Shown one piece after another: positions 27,884 to 40,500 of a DNA stretch of 64,000 nucleotides. Position 1 is the first letter of the stretch; every line of letters begins with the position of its first letter. The notes beneath the pieces were generated by a model, which searched no databases, was not told the origin of the DNA, and was given only the letters and a program-made list of their open reading frames with translations. The stretch is from the NCBI GenBank assembly GCA_016748015.1, contig JAAOMT010000094.1:51281-115280 (forward strand). Reading direction: 5' to 3'. Made by a program: the position numbers and the translations under genes. The stretch comes from Geosiphon pyriformis uo1. Its lineage: Eukaryota; Fungi; Glomeromycota.

Positions 27884-29975
27884 ACAGACGAGATTCCTGT
27901 AGAAGAGTTGACTTTCACAGCAAAGTAACTACACATTTTAGTGAGCTTCCAGACGAGCAATTCCTGGGAAAGAGTTGACGTTTACTACAATGTAACTACA
28001 CAAAGCAACTGGCACGGAATTGGCCATTTCACTTATAAGCCCAGCAGTTCAAATTATAGGAGATAATTTGAAGATAAATTCAGTTATTGGAGGTTCAACC
28101 ACATCCAGAAAACGTGAATTCACAGCAAACAAGCATTGACAACATTTAAGAAAAGAGACCAAAAACCTCCGGTAACACCAGAAATCCTAAATTTACCTTA
28201 CTTAGCTTTTATATAATATTAAACACTTAATCAACCAGAAGTTTTAAAAAATGCTTCAAAAAAATCAAATAAGTATTAATAAACAAATTATTTTATAGGG
28301 CAAAAGAAACTTTATTAAAACATAAAACATCAAAGAAAAATAATTTAAAACCAAAACCAAAATAAGTATTATTAAAAACAGAAGACAGTGAGACCACTTG
28401 GGCCCATAATTTGTTATCAAAAGCAGTAAAACATAAAATAAAAACACTTTTTTGGCATATAACTTAGTCAACTAAAGACAATTTTTATCTAAAGCAAACT
28501 TTTTATATATTTTCAAAAATAAAAGAGTAAATACACTTGGTATATTATATTTTAAAGCAAAATATCTAAAATACTCACACTTTTTACAATAAATCAAACT
28601 TAATTTAATTTAAGAAAACTTAACATTACTAAAAACTGGCTTTGTGTGAAATGCTAATTCTAAATTTTTCTTAAATTTAAAATTAATTATAGTACACTAA
28701 ACTTAAATATTAATTTTAAATAAATAATTAATTACATATATTTTTTCATCTGCTCTTTTTAATAAAGTACCAAAATTATAAATAGTAATTCCTACAAACA
28801 AAGTAAACAAAAGTACTCTGAACCAATTTTTAAATATACAAATATCACAATTTTTTACAGTTCTAATCACATCATGTACTGAATTTTTTCTAATTAAAAA
28901 ACCACTTAAAAGCCAATTAATTAATTTGATTTAATTTGGCAAACTTTATTACAGTTTTCTGTTATAGTTTAATAAGTTGTAATTGAATTGACACTATTTG
29001 ACCAAACTTAAAGAGAGCTGTAATAATTATTTCTTTTGGCATATCTATAAAAAAAATTTTTATTATTATAGTTTGATTTAAATAAAATTCTTCTCTTTTA
29101 AGATTATTATTTACTATGATGTCTTTTTTCTTGGCCAATAACAGTGGTTTTTTTTATGCTATTTTTTGATGTAAACATAAATTTGATGATTCTTTCAAAT
29201 TTTGAAGAAATAATAGTCTTTTTAAAACTATTAATTAATGAAAAAAAATTTTTGATTACTTAAGTTTTTGCTATTATTGATTTGTTTTTTATTATTAAAA
29301 AATTGATATTCAATGCAAATAATTTTTTAACAGCCATTTCTATTTGAGTCTTAATAATCTTAAAATTGATTTATTTTTTGTCCAAAGAAACTAAAAGACA
29401 AGAAGAAAACAAGACTTTATTATTACTTAAAACAAAATTAAAAGTGCCAATAAAAAACCAATTATTTTAATAGTATTTACTTATTTGGCTTTTGGAATAT
29501 TTATTTTTGAATTAAAATGGCCATTATCTTTACTACCAGCTTCATAACCAGCTTTAAAATTTGCAGACAAGACTACTGGCATCTCTTTATTTGTATTTAT
29601 TCCAATAAACTATCCAACAATTTGCTTAGCTTTTTCAAAGTTTATATCTGCTTTATTACCTAAATATCTAATATTTCTTAAAAGCACTTTTTGCTATTGA
29701 AACAAACTACCACTTACAAAACCTAAAGCCAAAACTCTAAGTAATCTTTTCTTAGCTTTAGAATCACTTATAATGACAATCAACTCAAAACAAAAAACTT
29801 CTTTTAAAATTTCTGACTTTTTAATTTTAAGAATTTGGAATAAAGAAAAGAAAGAAGTTTTTTTTTATTTGTTTGTTTGTTTTTCAATTTTCAATTATTT
29901 AATTTAATTATCCGATTATTTAATTATTTATTTTAAAATAATTATTATTATTTATTAAAAAATTAATTTTTTTTT

Positions 29976-30196
29976 AAATTAAGAATTGCTAAATCGATTT
30001 ATCTGTAACACGTAATATTAATATATATAGAATTTTAATATTTATTTATTAATAATTCTAATAAATATTAGTTTAATTAAAATAAAAAATAACTTTTTCT
30101 TATATAAAATTGAATAAAGATTATATATTTAATTTTTTATTATGTCTTAAGTAATTTATAATGTTTTATAAATAAAAAACACTTCATTGTGGACAA
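29976..30196 (+). repeat. ~220-bp direct repeat, copy 1
   Basis: Shares the block attttaatatttatttattaataattctaataaatattagtttaattaaaat and its flanks with 33120-33336. Confidence 0.85.
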
Positions 30197-32119
30197 CCAT
30201 ATATAGTTAAATATGAAACTATGATGGTAAATGATATTATGTATTGCAAATAGGTTGATTTATTAATTCTTTTTAAATTACTGTATTTTTTTGGAAAATT
30301 CGATAATTTTATTATTATTTTTAGCATATAAGAAGCCATATATAATAGTTTAAAATAATGAATTTTTATACATGTGTTAATTATTTAATTCTTACTAATC
30401 AGTCATCATATAAAATAAAACCAATTTTTAGTTTATAATTAGCTATAAGTAAAAATCTTATCAATCATCTTAAAGATTATTTGATTGAATACCCAAAGTA
30501 AGTTACATATTCATTTTGTTTTTGTTACAGCACTCTTACTAATATTTAAATTAAATTCAGTCAGATTTTTAAATTTCGAAAAAGTAAAACAGATGGAAAT
30601 TCATGTTTAAAAATATTTGAAGTCGATTCACTATTTCCAATAAACAATTGTGGATTTTATTAAATATTTAGCTGATAATGTATACTTTACAAGTAAAAAT
30701 TCAAATGATGTTAAGAATACAATTTGTGAACAGCCACAAAACATAGTCAATAACATAAATTCTTTTCAAAAAGCACGAAATAAGACTTTTAGAATTTATA
30801 CTATATTGAAAACAATATTTACAAGCCAAAATGAAATTAAAATTTTTTTTGAAAGACAAGTGTTCAGAATAGTGTTATAACAGAAGATAAAATAGATAAA
30901 CAAGTACAAAAGCTGTTAAAATATTCAAAGTTTTTTACTAGTATACATATTATACAAAATGATAATATGTTTGTATTTGTTAAATAAATCTTTATTTATA
31001 TATTTTTGTCCTGTTTTTGCCTTTTATTTTCTGATCTAATCAATTATAGCCTATTTTGGTAAGATGTAATTGATTTTTGAAAGAAAAAAGTTTCACCATG
31101 CTTTTATCTCTTAAGCAAAAAAGTTTTTGTTTGCAAAAAATATGGACAAGCTTTACCAATTTGCTATAAAAATTGTTTAAAGTGTATTCTTATTAAATGT
31201 GTTGGTTAATATTCTGCTTAAATTTTTTATATTAACCGATATTATAAGCATTCAGAAATTTACAAAAAAATACAGAATTTTCGAAATCATTGGAATTTGG
31301 AATTTGCTCAAAAAAACAAATAAAAATAGAAAAACAAATAAAAAATTGGGTAAATACACAAAAAATCTGGAAAATATTGATAAGTATAATAATAATACAA
31401 TATATATTGAGCAGTATTTTAAAAATACATAAGCTATTAAATTTTTATTAATTAATAGTCTTTACTTTTTTTATTAAAAATACATATAACTAAATTTTTA
31501 TCCTTGTAGTAGTAATAACTACTTTTATGTTAATTAAGAAAAAAAAGCTTCTTAATAAAATATTGTCTATTTTGGTAAAGTTTATAATTTCTTATTTTAA
31601 ATAAATAAAAAAGTTTTAAATTTAAAAATTAAATAATTTATTTATCTTATCTATTATCAAACTTTTTATTATAAAATTAGTATTGACAAAAACAAAAAGC
31701 CAAATTATAAAAAAAATTATAATAAAACTGTAACAAATATTATTGATGTGATAAAAATTGCATAAGTCTAGTATATTAGTCTGTAAATAAAATAAATCAA
31801 ATACAGTATAAGCAACTTATTATCTGCAATTTTTGTTAATACTATAAAGTTAATAGTAATTTTGTTTTTCTATATAATTAAGATGTATATTAGATTTTAT
31901 ATTTTGATACGAGTTTTTGAAAATTTATATGCAATATAGAAGTGAAAATCTGATAAGTTTCTGGTTTTAAATATTGATTTGAAAAATTTTATTTTGTTTT
32001 ACTAAAAGTTTTTTATTTTTCAGATAAGTTGTTTTATTAAATTTATTTTAGATTAATAATTTTAATTATATTAAAGAGATAATTTTAATAGAATTTTTTA
32101 AATTATATTAAAATATTAA

Positions 32120-33100
32120 TAAATAAAACAGATATTTTAAGCAATAAAAAAACTGATCTTTTGGCTAATATTGTCTTATTTTCAAATATAATGTTTTTAA
32201 TTATGTTAAAAAACATAAAAATTTTATTTGTAAAGTCTTTTAAATAGTCTACTGTACTTATTAAAAAGTTGAGTTAAATGTTAAAATTTTAAATATTGGT
32301 TTGATTAAAAATATTAACTGGATTTAATAATTATTAGTTTGGTATTCTAATTTGCATATAGTAATTAGTTTTATAAGCAAAATTACAACCAATATATGTT
32401 TTTATTTTATGAAAATTTTATATTATCAATTTTTTATTGCTGTTTATAAGTGTCTGTATAATAAATATTACTATAATGTTTTGTGTTAAAATAAATGCCA
32501 AATATACAAAAGCATATTTAATTCACATATAATCATTTAAAAAACTAAATCTGATTTGAACAGATTGTTATTTTGTGTATCTTAATTGTTTTTTTTGTGT
32601 TTATCTAATTATATTATATATACTGTTCTGTGCAAAAATTTATTTTTAAAAATTAGTTTTATAAGTTTTTGTCTGTTTTTAAGAATGCTAAAATTACTGG
32701 TATTAAAATACATAGTTTGGATTTGACACATAAATTAAAATATTTGGCTTATTTATTCTAAATACTGTGTTTTTATAGAAAAAAAAGATTTGATTTTGCA
32801 TAATAAAATAATGTCTGTGGTTGTTAATAATTTCTTATCTGTGCTATCTAAAAATATAGTCAAACTACTTAGAATTGCTAAAACTTTCGGAATTGGTTTT
32901 GGTTTGTGCAAGTTGTATTTATTCTTTTCAAGTATTGAAAATTTGATTTCTATATATATAAATATATAGTATTGTTTTAATTAATTTGAGTGATTGGTTA
33001 TATATAAAAAATACATAATTCACATTTAATTTAAATTACTTAGTTTAATATATTATATTAAGTAGAATTTAGACTTTACTGATTAAACATAAATAAAATA
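32120..33100 (+). mobile_element. 5'-truncated LINE remnant (end of RNase H, CCHC region, 3'UTR)
   Basis: GN.KADLLA-like at ~32140; LVWHPDLHM-like at ~32335; KCLYNKY ~32448; ORF end at ~32970; family 3'UTR to ~33100. Confidence 0.8.
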
Positions 33101-33119
33101 AAATTATTTACAAATTAAT

Positions 33120-33336
33120 AAATTAAGAAAATTGCTAAATTAATTCATTTTTTTTGTTAAATAGACTTATTTACACTATGTAATATTAATATATAAAAAT
33201 TTTAATATTTATTTATTAATAATTCTAATAAATATTAGTTTAATTAAAATTAAATATAGATTATATATTTAATTTTTTATTATGTTTTAAGTAATTTATA
33301 GTGTTTTATAATTAAAAAATACTTTATTATAAACAA
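33120..33336 (+). repeat. ~220-bp direct repeat, copy 2 (more decayed)
   Basis: Aligns with 29976-30196, with a short internal deletion and C>T/G>A changes. Confidence 0.85.
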
Positions 33337-36300
33337 ATCCAAATATTATGGTCTTGTTTTTTACAAATTTTATATTTATGTACTTGAATTTAAGAAAAAA
33401 CAATTTCAACAATTTTAAATTGTAATAAATTTTGTTAAATAGATAATTTTTAATAAGTAATATTTTGTTAAAAATAATTTAAAGCATTTAAAAAACATTT
33501 TTAAGTTTATTAATTAGAAAAATTTTCAATTATAAAAGATGTGATTAAAATTAGAATTAATTAAAAATGTATTATTTTTTGTTAATATAAAATTTAAAGT
33601 TGATATATTTAATTTATACTTAAAATAATTGTTAAAATATTAACTTTAAGATTATTTATTGTAAAAATACTAAATACCAAATAAAATAAAACTAATCTAT
33701 AGAAAAAATTTCTTTAATAATAAGCATATTCTGAATTTAATATTTATATAAGACTTATTATTATTAAAAAACATTAGAACAAGATATTATATTATTATTT
33801 AATAGTTTTTATACAAGAAAATACTGTCTATAAATTGTTTTTAAGAGAAATATTGAAATTTTTTATGCAACATTTTAAAAAAAAATATTATGATTATGAT
33901 AAATTCGAATATACTTGATACTTTATTGTGTTTTAACTTCTTTAATCATATTTCTAAAAATATTTAATATTCATAATTAAATTTTTGTTGAAATTTTAAG
34001 ATAGTATTTTAATTAAGTATGTTAAATTTTTATCAATAATAAATTAATATTATCAAAATACATATTTTTATTTGTTTAAAACAACAACAAATTTCTTTTT
34101 ATATAAAATTTAAGTGATTAATAAATAATTTGTTAAAGCTAAAATTGCTAAATAGTTATAACTTAATATGTTTTATTTGATATTAAATACTTCTAATAAT
34201 ACAAATTAAATAATATTAGTGTATTCTAAATAAAAATTTATAAAGTATTTTTTACAATTAACAAGTACATTTTTTTAAATATATCAAACACAAAATAAAT
34301 ATATAGATATAAAAAAAATAAAAAAAATACATGTATTAATACATATTTTTAGTTTATAGTAATAGTAATTAACTTGATATATATAAAACTTTACAATTTA
34401 TTTTAAAGTCTATTAATAATATACTTGTATTTTTTAATAAATAAAAGCAACAACAACTATAAAAAATATATTAAAGCTATTTATATCAATAATATAAAGC
34501 ATAAGCATTTAAAATCGATTTGTTTTATATATATAATTTATTAAATAAAATATAAATATTTTTAAGCAAAAACAATATATTTAAAATATATATAAAATAA
34601 ATATGTAATTTATTAACAATATTACAAATATAGTTATATTAATAATTGATTTTTTTAAGTGTTTTTAATAATACCAATATAAATAAACAATTAACAAACT
34701 TTATTTTTTATAAATAGTCTTTAAAATTATATATTACTTAAGATTTTTCTCTTATAATGTTGTTAAAATTGCTTTTGGTATAAAATTAATACTTTTTGTT
34801 TAAATTTAAGTTATTAAACAGCAAAATATTTAGCAATATTATTAATAACTTAAAATTACGTTTAATATTATAAATTATTAAATATTAATATTTATTAACT
34901 TTGAATAATTATCTATATTTAATAAAAAAATAGTTTATTAATTAAGTTGTTGTTTTTTATTGTAAATCTTCTAATAAAGCTTTTTTAAAAACATTATATC
35001 TATTTTTTTAATCATATTTGAAGATAATATAAGTATTATTAATAACAAAATATTGTTTTGTTACTACATATCCTTAAAAGTATATAAAAATATTATTATA
35101 TAATATTTTTGGAAGTAATAATATCATATAAATATATTTGTAATTTTATAAAAAAATGTAATTACTTATAAATCAAAAAAATTTATTAAGTTTATTTGTT
35201 ATTAAATTATATCTTATTATAATATTTTAGAGTTTTTTAATTATAAATTTATTAATATGTTTATATATATAATTAAATACAAAACTATGATATAAATAAT
35301 ATTATATATTAATTTAGCAAAAAAAATAAATTGATTTAATAATTCTCTAAATTAATTAAAAAATTTAATTAAATATTTTATAATATATTAATCAAAATTA
35401 ACAATAAAAAATAAAAAAAATAAAAATTACTTATATTATTAATATTATTTATATATAAAACAATAAAATAAAATACTACTAAATTTATATTATTTGAACT
35501 AAAAATGTAATAATATTATTAGTAAAATTAAAATAATAATATATTTAAACAAATTAATAATAAATATTATTTTTTTAAACATATTTTTAAGGAAAATATA
35601 TAATTTGATAAAAATTTTAAAAGACGAAAAAATAATAAATAACAATATTATAATATTATTAAAAACAAAAAAAACATAACAATAAATTATTAAATAAATA
35701 AATTAAACACAATATTAAAAACAAAATATTATTCTATTATATTAAAACAGAAAAATAATAAAACAAATTCTATATTATTAAATATTTAATAATATTACAT
35801 ATAAATTATAATTAAAAAACAAAATTAAAAAAACAGCATTATTATTTAAGCCAATTAATATTAATATAAATATTTTTATAATATTAATTAAAACAAAAAA
35901 TAAAAAGGCTGTACTTTCTTTACTTTTTTATTATTTAAAATAATTGATAGTTTTTTTACATATTAATAATTATAAAAACTATTTAATAATACTCTATAAA
36001 AATCTTTTTTTAAATAAAATAATAATTAAACAGTTTTTTGTTTTAAGAATATTTTTTTTGTTATATATGAAAAAAACTTTTCTTTTAAAATTCTTTTAAA
36101 TCAATTTATTTAAAATAATTCTAATGTAATTTCTATTTTTTTAAAAGTTTTAAAGTATTTAATAAAAAACCAGTAATTAAATTACTTTTTTTTTGGTGTT
36201 TTTAATAATTTTAATGTTTTAAAATCTGTATTTTTTTTATAAAAAATAAAACTTTAATTTTTTCTGTTTTTATTGGTTTTTTGTTAATTTTGTATTATTA

Positions 36301-37567
36301 ATACTAATTATAATATTTAGTTTTATTATGATTATAAATAAATTTTTTTTTGTTTTAAACAATAACAATAAAAATACATTAATCAATTTTAGTTAAATTA
36401 ATTTTTTGGTTGTATTTTTTAATATATTAATTTTTGGCTAATTTTTACCAATTTTAAAAACAAAATAAAATATATTTTTATATGTATTTTTATTTAATTA
36501 CATTATTAAATTAATTAAATAAAAATATTATCAATTTTTTTTTTGTTTTTTATTACTGTTTTAATAATATTTAGAAAACAATTTCAGTTATTAAAAGTTT
36601 TTTAAATAAGTAGTTTTTACTTTAATGTTTAATACTACTTTTAAATTAAATTAATATTTGTTAAGTTTTTATTTAATTTGTTATTTGGCTTTATTAAGTT
36701 TAAATTAGATTTAAAAGATAATATTAAGTTGTGCAAGTTTAGCTTTTGAAATTTTTTTTGGTTGCTATTATTAAAATTTCTATTAATGATTTCTTTTTTT
36801 TAATTATATTTAAGATTGCAAAGTCTTTTATAATAGCTTTTGTTTTCTGCTATATTTTATAATATTTTTTTAAAATATCTTTTAATAACATTAAAAACAT
36901 TTTTAGTGTTTTTGGTATTATTACTTTAATTAAGTTAAAATTTATTAAGTTGTAATAATATATTGTTGTTTATTTCAAAACTTTTTTTCTGTTATTGTTA
37001 TTTTTATTAATTGGTTTATATTAATTAAAAAAATAATTTTAAGATTTTTTTTACTTAACTAAAAAAAGATTATTATCTTAAAAAATACTTTTAAAGCTAA
37101 TATTACAGATAATAAATAAGTAATTATTTTATAAGTTAATGCTTTTAGTTTTTTTATAATTTAAAATTTTTGGTTTATTTAAAAATATATAATAATAGAA
37201 TTTTTTGTATAATAAATAGAAATTTAATAATAATAGCAAATAATACTTAATATTTAATTTTTTTAATATAATAATTAGTTTATTCTGGTATTTTTTATTT
37301 TTTTAATAAACAATTCTAATTTTTAATTATTTTCTATGTTATTTTTTGCATCTTTTGTTAAACAATTTTTAATATTATAATTTTAATGTTTTTTTTAATT
37401 ATTTAATAAATAAAAAATAAAAGAAATAGATTTTTTTTTATTAACAATATTTAACAAGCATAGCCTAACCATTATTTAGTACATAGAACCAAACTAAAAG
37501 GCTCAAACTAAATGCAGTTCATGCACTTTCTACATGTGACTAGCCATTCAGGCCAGACAAAGCAACA

Positions 37568-40500
37568 CTATACACCAATATTAACACTCGGATTATCATC
37601 CAGACCAGAAAAGAAAAGGTATGACCTACAATGACTGAAATTAACAGCAAAAAAGCCAGCAATGTCAAGCATCCTCACCATCTTATCAGGCAACAAAGAA
37701 CCCAAGCAACGAAACAAACCAGAAAACAAACCATCATCCCCAACCAGACCAGCCTTCTTCATTCTCACCCTAAATGCTGACCTCGCCAACCAGGCTTTAG
37801 AACGATGTAGCTTAACCAAACGCCCAACAAAACCAACCACAGCACTGACAGTCCTCTTTCTATCATCAAAAATCTTTACTGCTTCCATACACCACTCTCT
37901 CAGCACAAACTCTTTACACAAAACCAAATACAAATTAACATCCAAAGAATACTGACCAAGAGATTGCAAAACAGCAGAGGATAACAAGCCACGAAGACTG
38001 ACCACAGATAGCCAGTCTGAAAACACTGTAACCAAAACTTCCTTGCAAATCTCTACATTATAAGAACATGTGAAAACATGGTCTGGTAATTCTACTTCAC
38101 AACATAGTAAGCACAGCACACCAGGGTACAATTTATTATACAATTGTTTTCTAACCACTACAGAAAGCCATTGGTGCACAGTCTTTATCAGATACGTGCA
38201 AAGACAAGAAGACTTCCGACTAGTAAAACCAGCAATCATATGTGAATCAAGATGCCACACCCTAACAGTAGCATCCCAATTCACAGCCTCAATCAGCACA
38301 TCAGAAATCACATCCTGGCCAGATCCTGCCTCCTATCATGTACAGCAAACAGATCTATACAAATCCCGAACAAAATGATGAGTATTGTCAGAGACCGGTG
38401 TATTCTCAGCAACCAAAAAGCACTTCCAGACACTGACAGGCAAAGATAAATGAGAAAAAACAGCATCCCCAGCAGCAGCATCAGCCTTAATATTACCATT
38501 AACTCCAGAATGCTCTTTGACCTTAACCCAATGTACAGAAAGATCTTTTTTATGAACCAAATCAAAAATCTGGCATCTCTCCAACCAACAAGAGGAGCGG
38601 AAATCAGGCACAGACAACAACATCTCAGAAATGCACATATCAATAGCCACTTGGCTGTCAGTATGCATGACCACAGTACAAGAAGACAGAACACACTCCA
38701 GAAACAAAGCAATGGCTTGCAGTTTGGCCATAGTAGAAGACAACAGCCCATGAACCTTAATGCCAATACTCATATCAATAGCAGGAAAAAAGGCCACTGC
38801 ACTACTGGCAACATCAGCCCCACAAAAATTTTTTAACGAGCCATTCATAAAAATCTCAAACAAGTCAGACCAGATCTCATGCAACTTATTAACAACTGCA
38901 GAAAACTTCTCGGACTTCAAAATGCTCACTTTAGAAAGACAAGTAGACTCCACAGAACCGGCCAACAAGGCACCAGTGCTGCAAAGAAAATTAGACACAA
39001 CTGTAAACCAGTGAGGAACAGAACCTCTTGGACCCAGCCTTTTCCAACATCAAAAAGTCACTCAACTCATAATACGCCCCTTCTTGTTAAACAATCTATT
39101 ACCAAATGCCACACCAAATCACTTCAATAAATAAACAGAATCAAAATACAAAGAACTCTCCAGAATAAAAGACACAGAAAAACTACCAGGACTATGGAAA
39201 GCATTGGGCAAGCTATTTGACAGAAACAGCTCATTGCACAGAAAAATTTTAACCACGCCCACCAGAAAATTGTTCATAGGGCTAATACGCAACCTAATAG
39301 AAAACTGTAAAGGATTCAAAGAAGACCACTCCAGAACCTGCAAATTGAGAAACCTGTGCTCAAACAAATGTCCAAGAATATTAGAAGAGTTGGAAAATGA
39401 AATCAAGACAGCCAATTTCCCTTCAGACTGCATCTGCTCAAAAGACTTCAGATCATATAAAGATAGATGACACAGAGCCTCACTGGGGAAATCATGGGAC
39501 AAACCAGCTTTAGACTTGAGGCCTTTTCTCAACATCACATCCTATTTGTTACATACATTCGATGAGACAAAGCTGAACTGAATGCAATAGTTAACAATAG
39601 GCTGCAAGATGGCTGACACCAGATACGAGAACTGTTTATCAGTAATAGTCTTCTTGAGAATCACATTAGCAAAGAAATGAACATCAAAATATGTCTTGGC
39701 CATACTTAGCTTCAAAAGCCCCTCAGTGGACAAAAAAATACCCAGATAACAATGAGCCTCATCCTTTTTAGCTATTAAAATAGGCAGACCATTAATATTC
39801 AAAGAAGCAATTTTAATACCTTGATTAATTGGAATGGCCACAGTCTTCTCATTGTTGATGGAGATGTTATTGACAACAAAAAACTCACTTGCAATGTCCA
39901 AAATATTCTGAGTAGTAGCTTGACAGTTCTCAACCCAAATTGTATCATCAACAAAAGCACCAGCCATGAAATAGGAAGACAACCCACCACTGCTCTCAAT
40001 TTGACCTGATTTCAAAACAAACTTGGAACTTATCTGATACCCAAAAATTTGTTCATGTCTTTTAACCTCACACAGAAGTGGATTATAAAAAATCCTCCAC
40101 AAAAGGGGCAAGAAAACTTCACCCTGATCCAAATAATCACAAACATGATACTCATCAGAAAGACCAAAATCAGTCATTACCCTGTTGAATCTACCTTCAT
40201 GTATACTACCAAAAAATCTGATGAATTTGTCGCACATTTTAATTCTCCGCAAACTAGCCTCCAAATAATGTCACCCAACAGAATCATATGCTTTTTGCAT
40301 GTTCTGCAGGACCAGCCAAAGTTCCCTATTTTTTTTGAGAGCATCCTCCACAACCACCCCAACAGCAAACACCAGAGATTGCATAGATGTGCCCTTTAAC
40401 ACTGAAAAATTGTCACCACAGAGAACATTAAACTTACTACATGTGAAAAAAATCCAATTAGACAGAATCTTAAAGAGAATCTTCCTGGCAGTTTTAATCA

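Larger units (their letters stand above)
27502..28177 (+). mobile_element. Young LTR (solo LTR, or full element collapsed at the assembly gap) with 4-bp TSD CCAG
   Basis: Begins TGTTACCAGA and ends TCCGGTAACA (9/10 inverted match). CCAG at 27498-27501 and 28178-28181. Removing it restores continuous LINE C ORF1. CpG-rich, unlike its flanks. Orientation is assumed. Confidence 0.9.
22011..29857 (-). mobile_element. LINE copy C, hypermutated, split by two LTR-element insertions
   Basis: On the minus strand: 5' end cttctttc at 29857; ORF1 29780-27210 (WAQVVS at ~28390-28407), continuous across the LTR at 27502-28177; ORF2 APE 27210-26040; RT resumes at 24631 (LWRIFYD-like); 3'UTR and T-run at 22011-22017. 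Confidence 0.88.
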
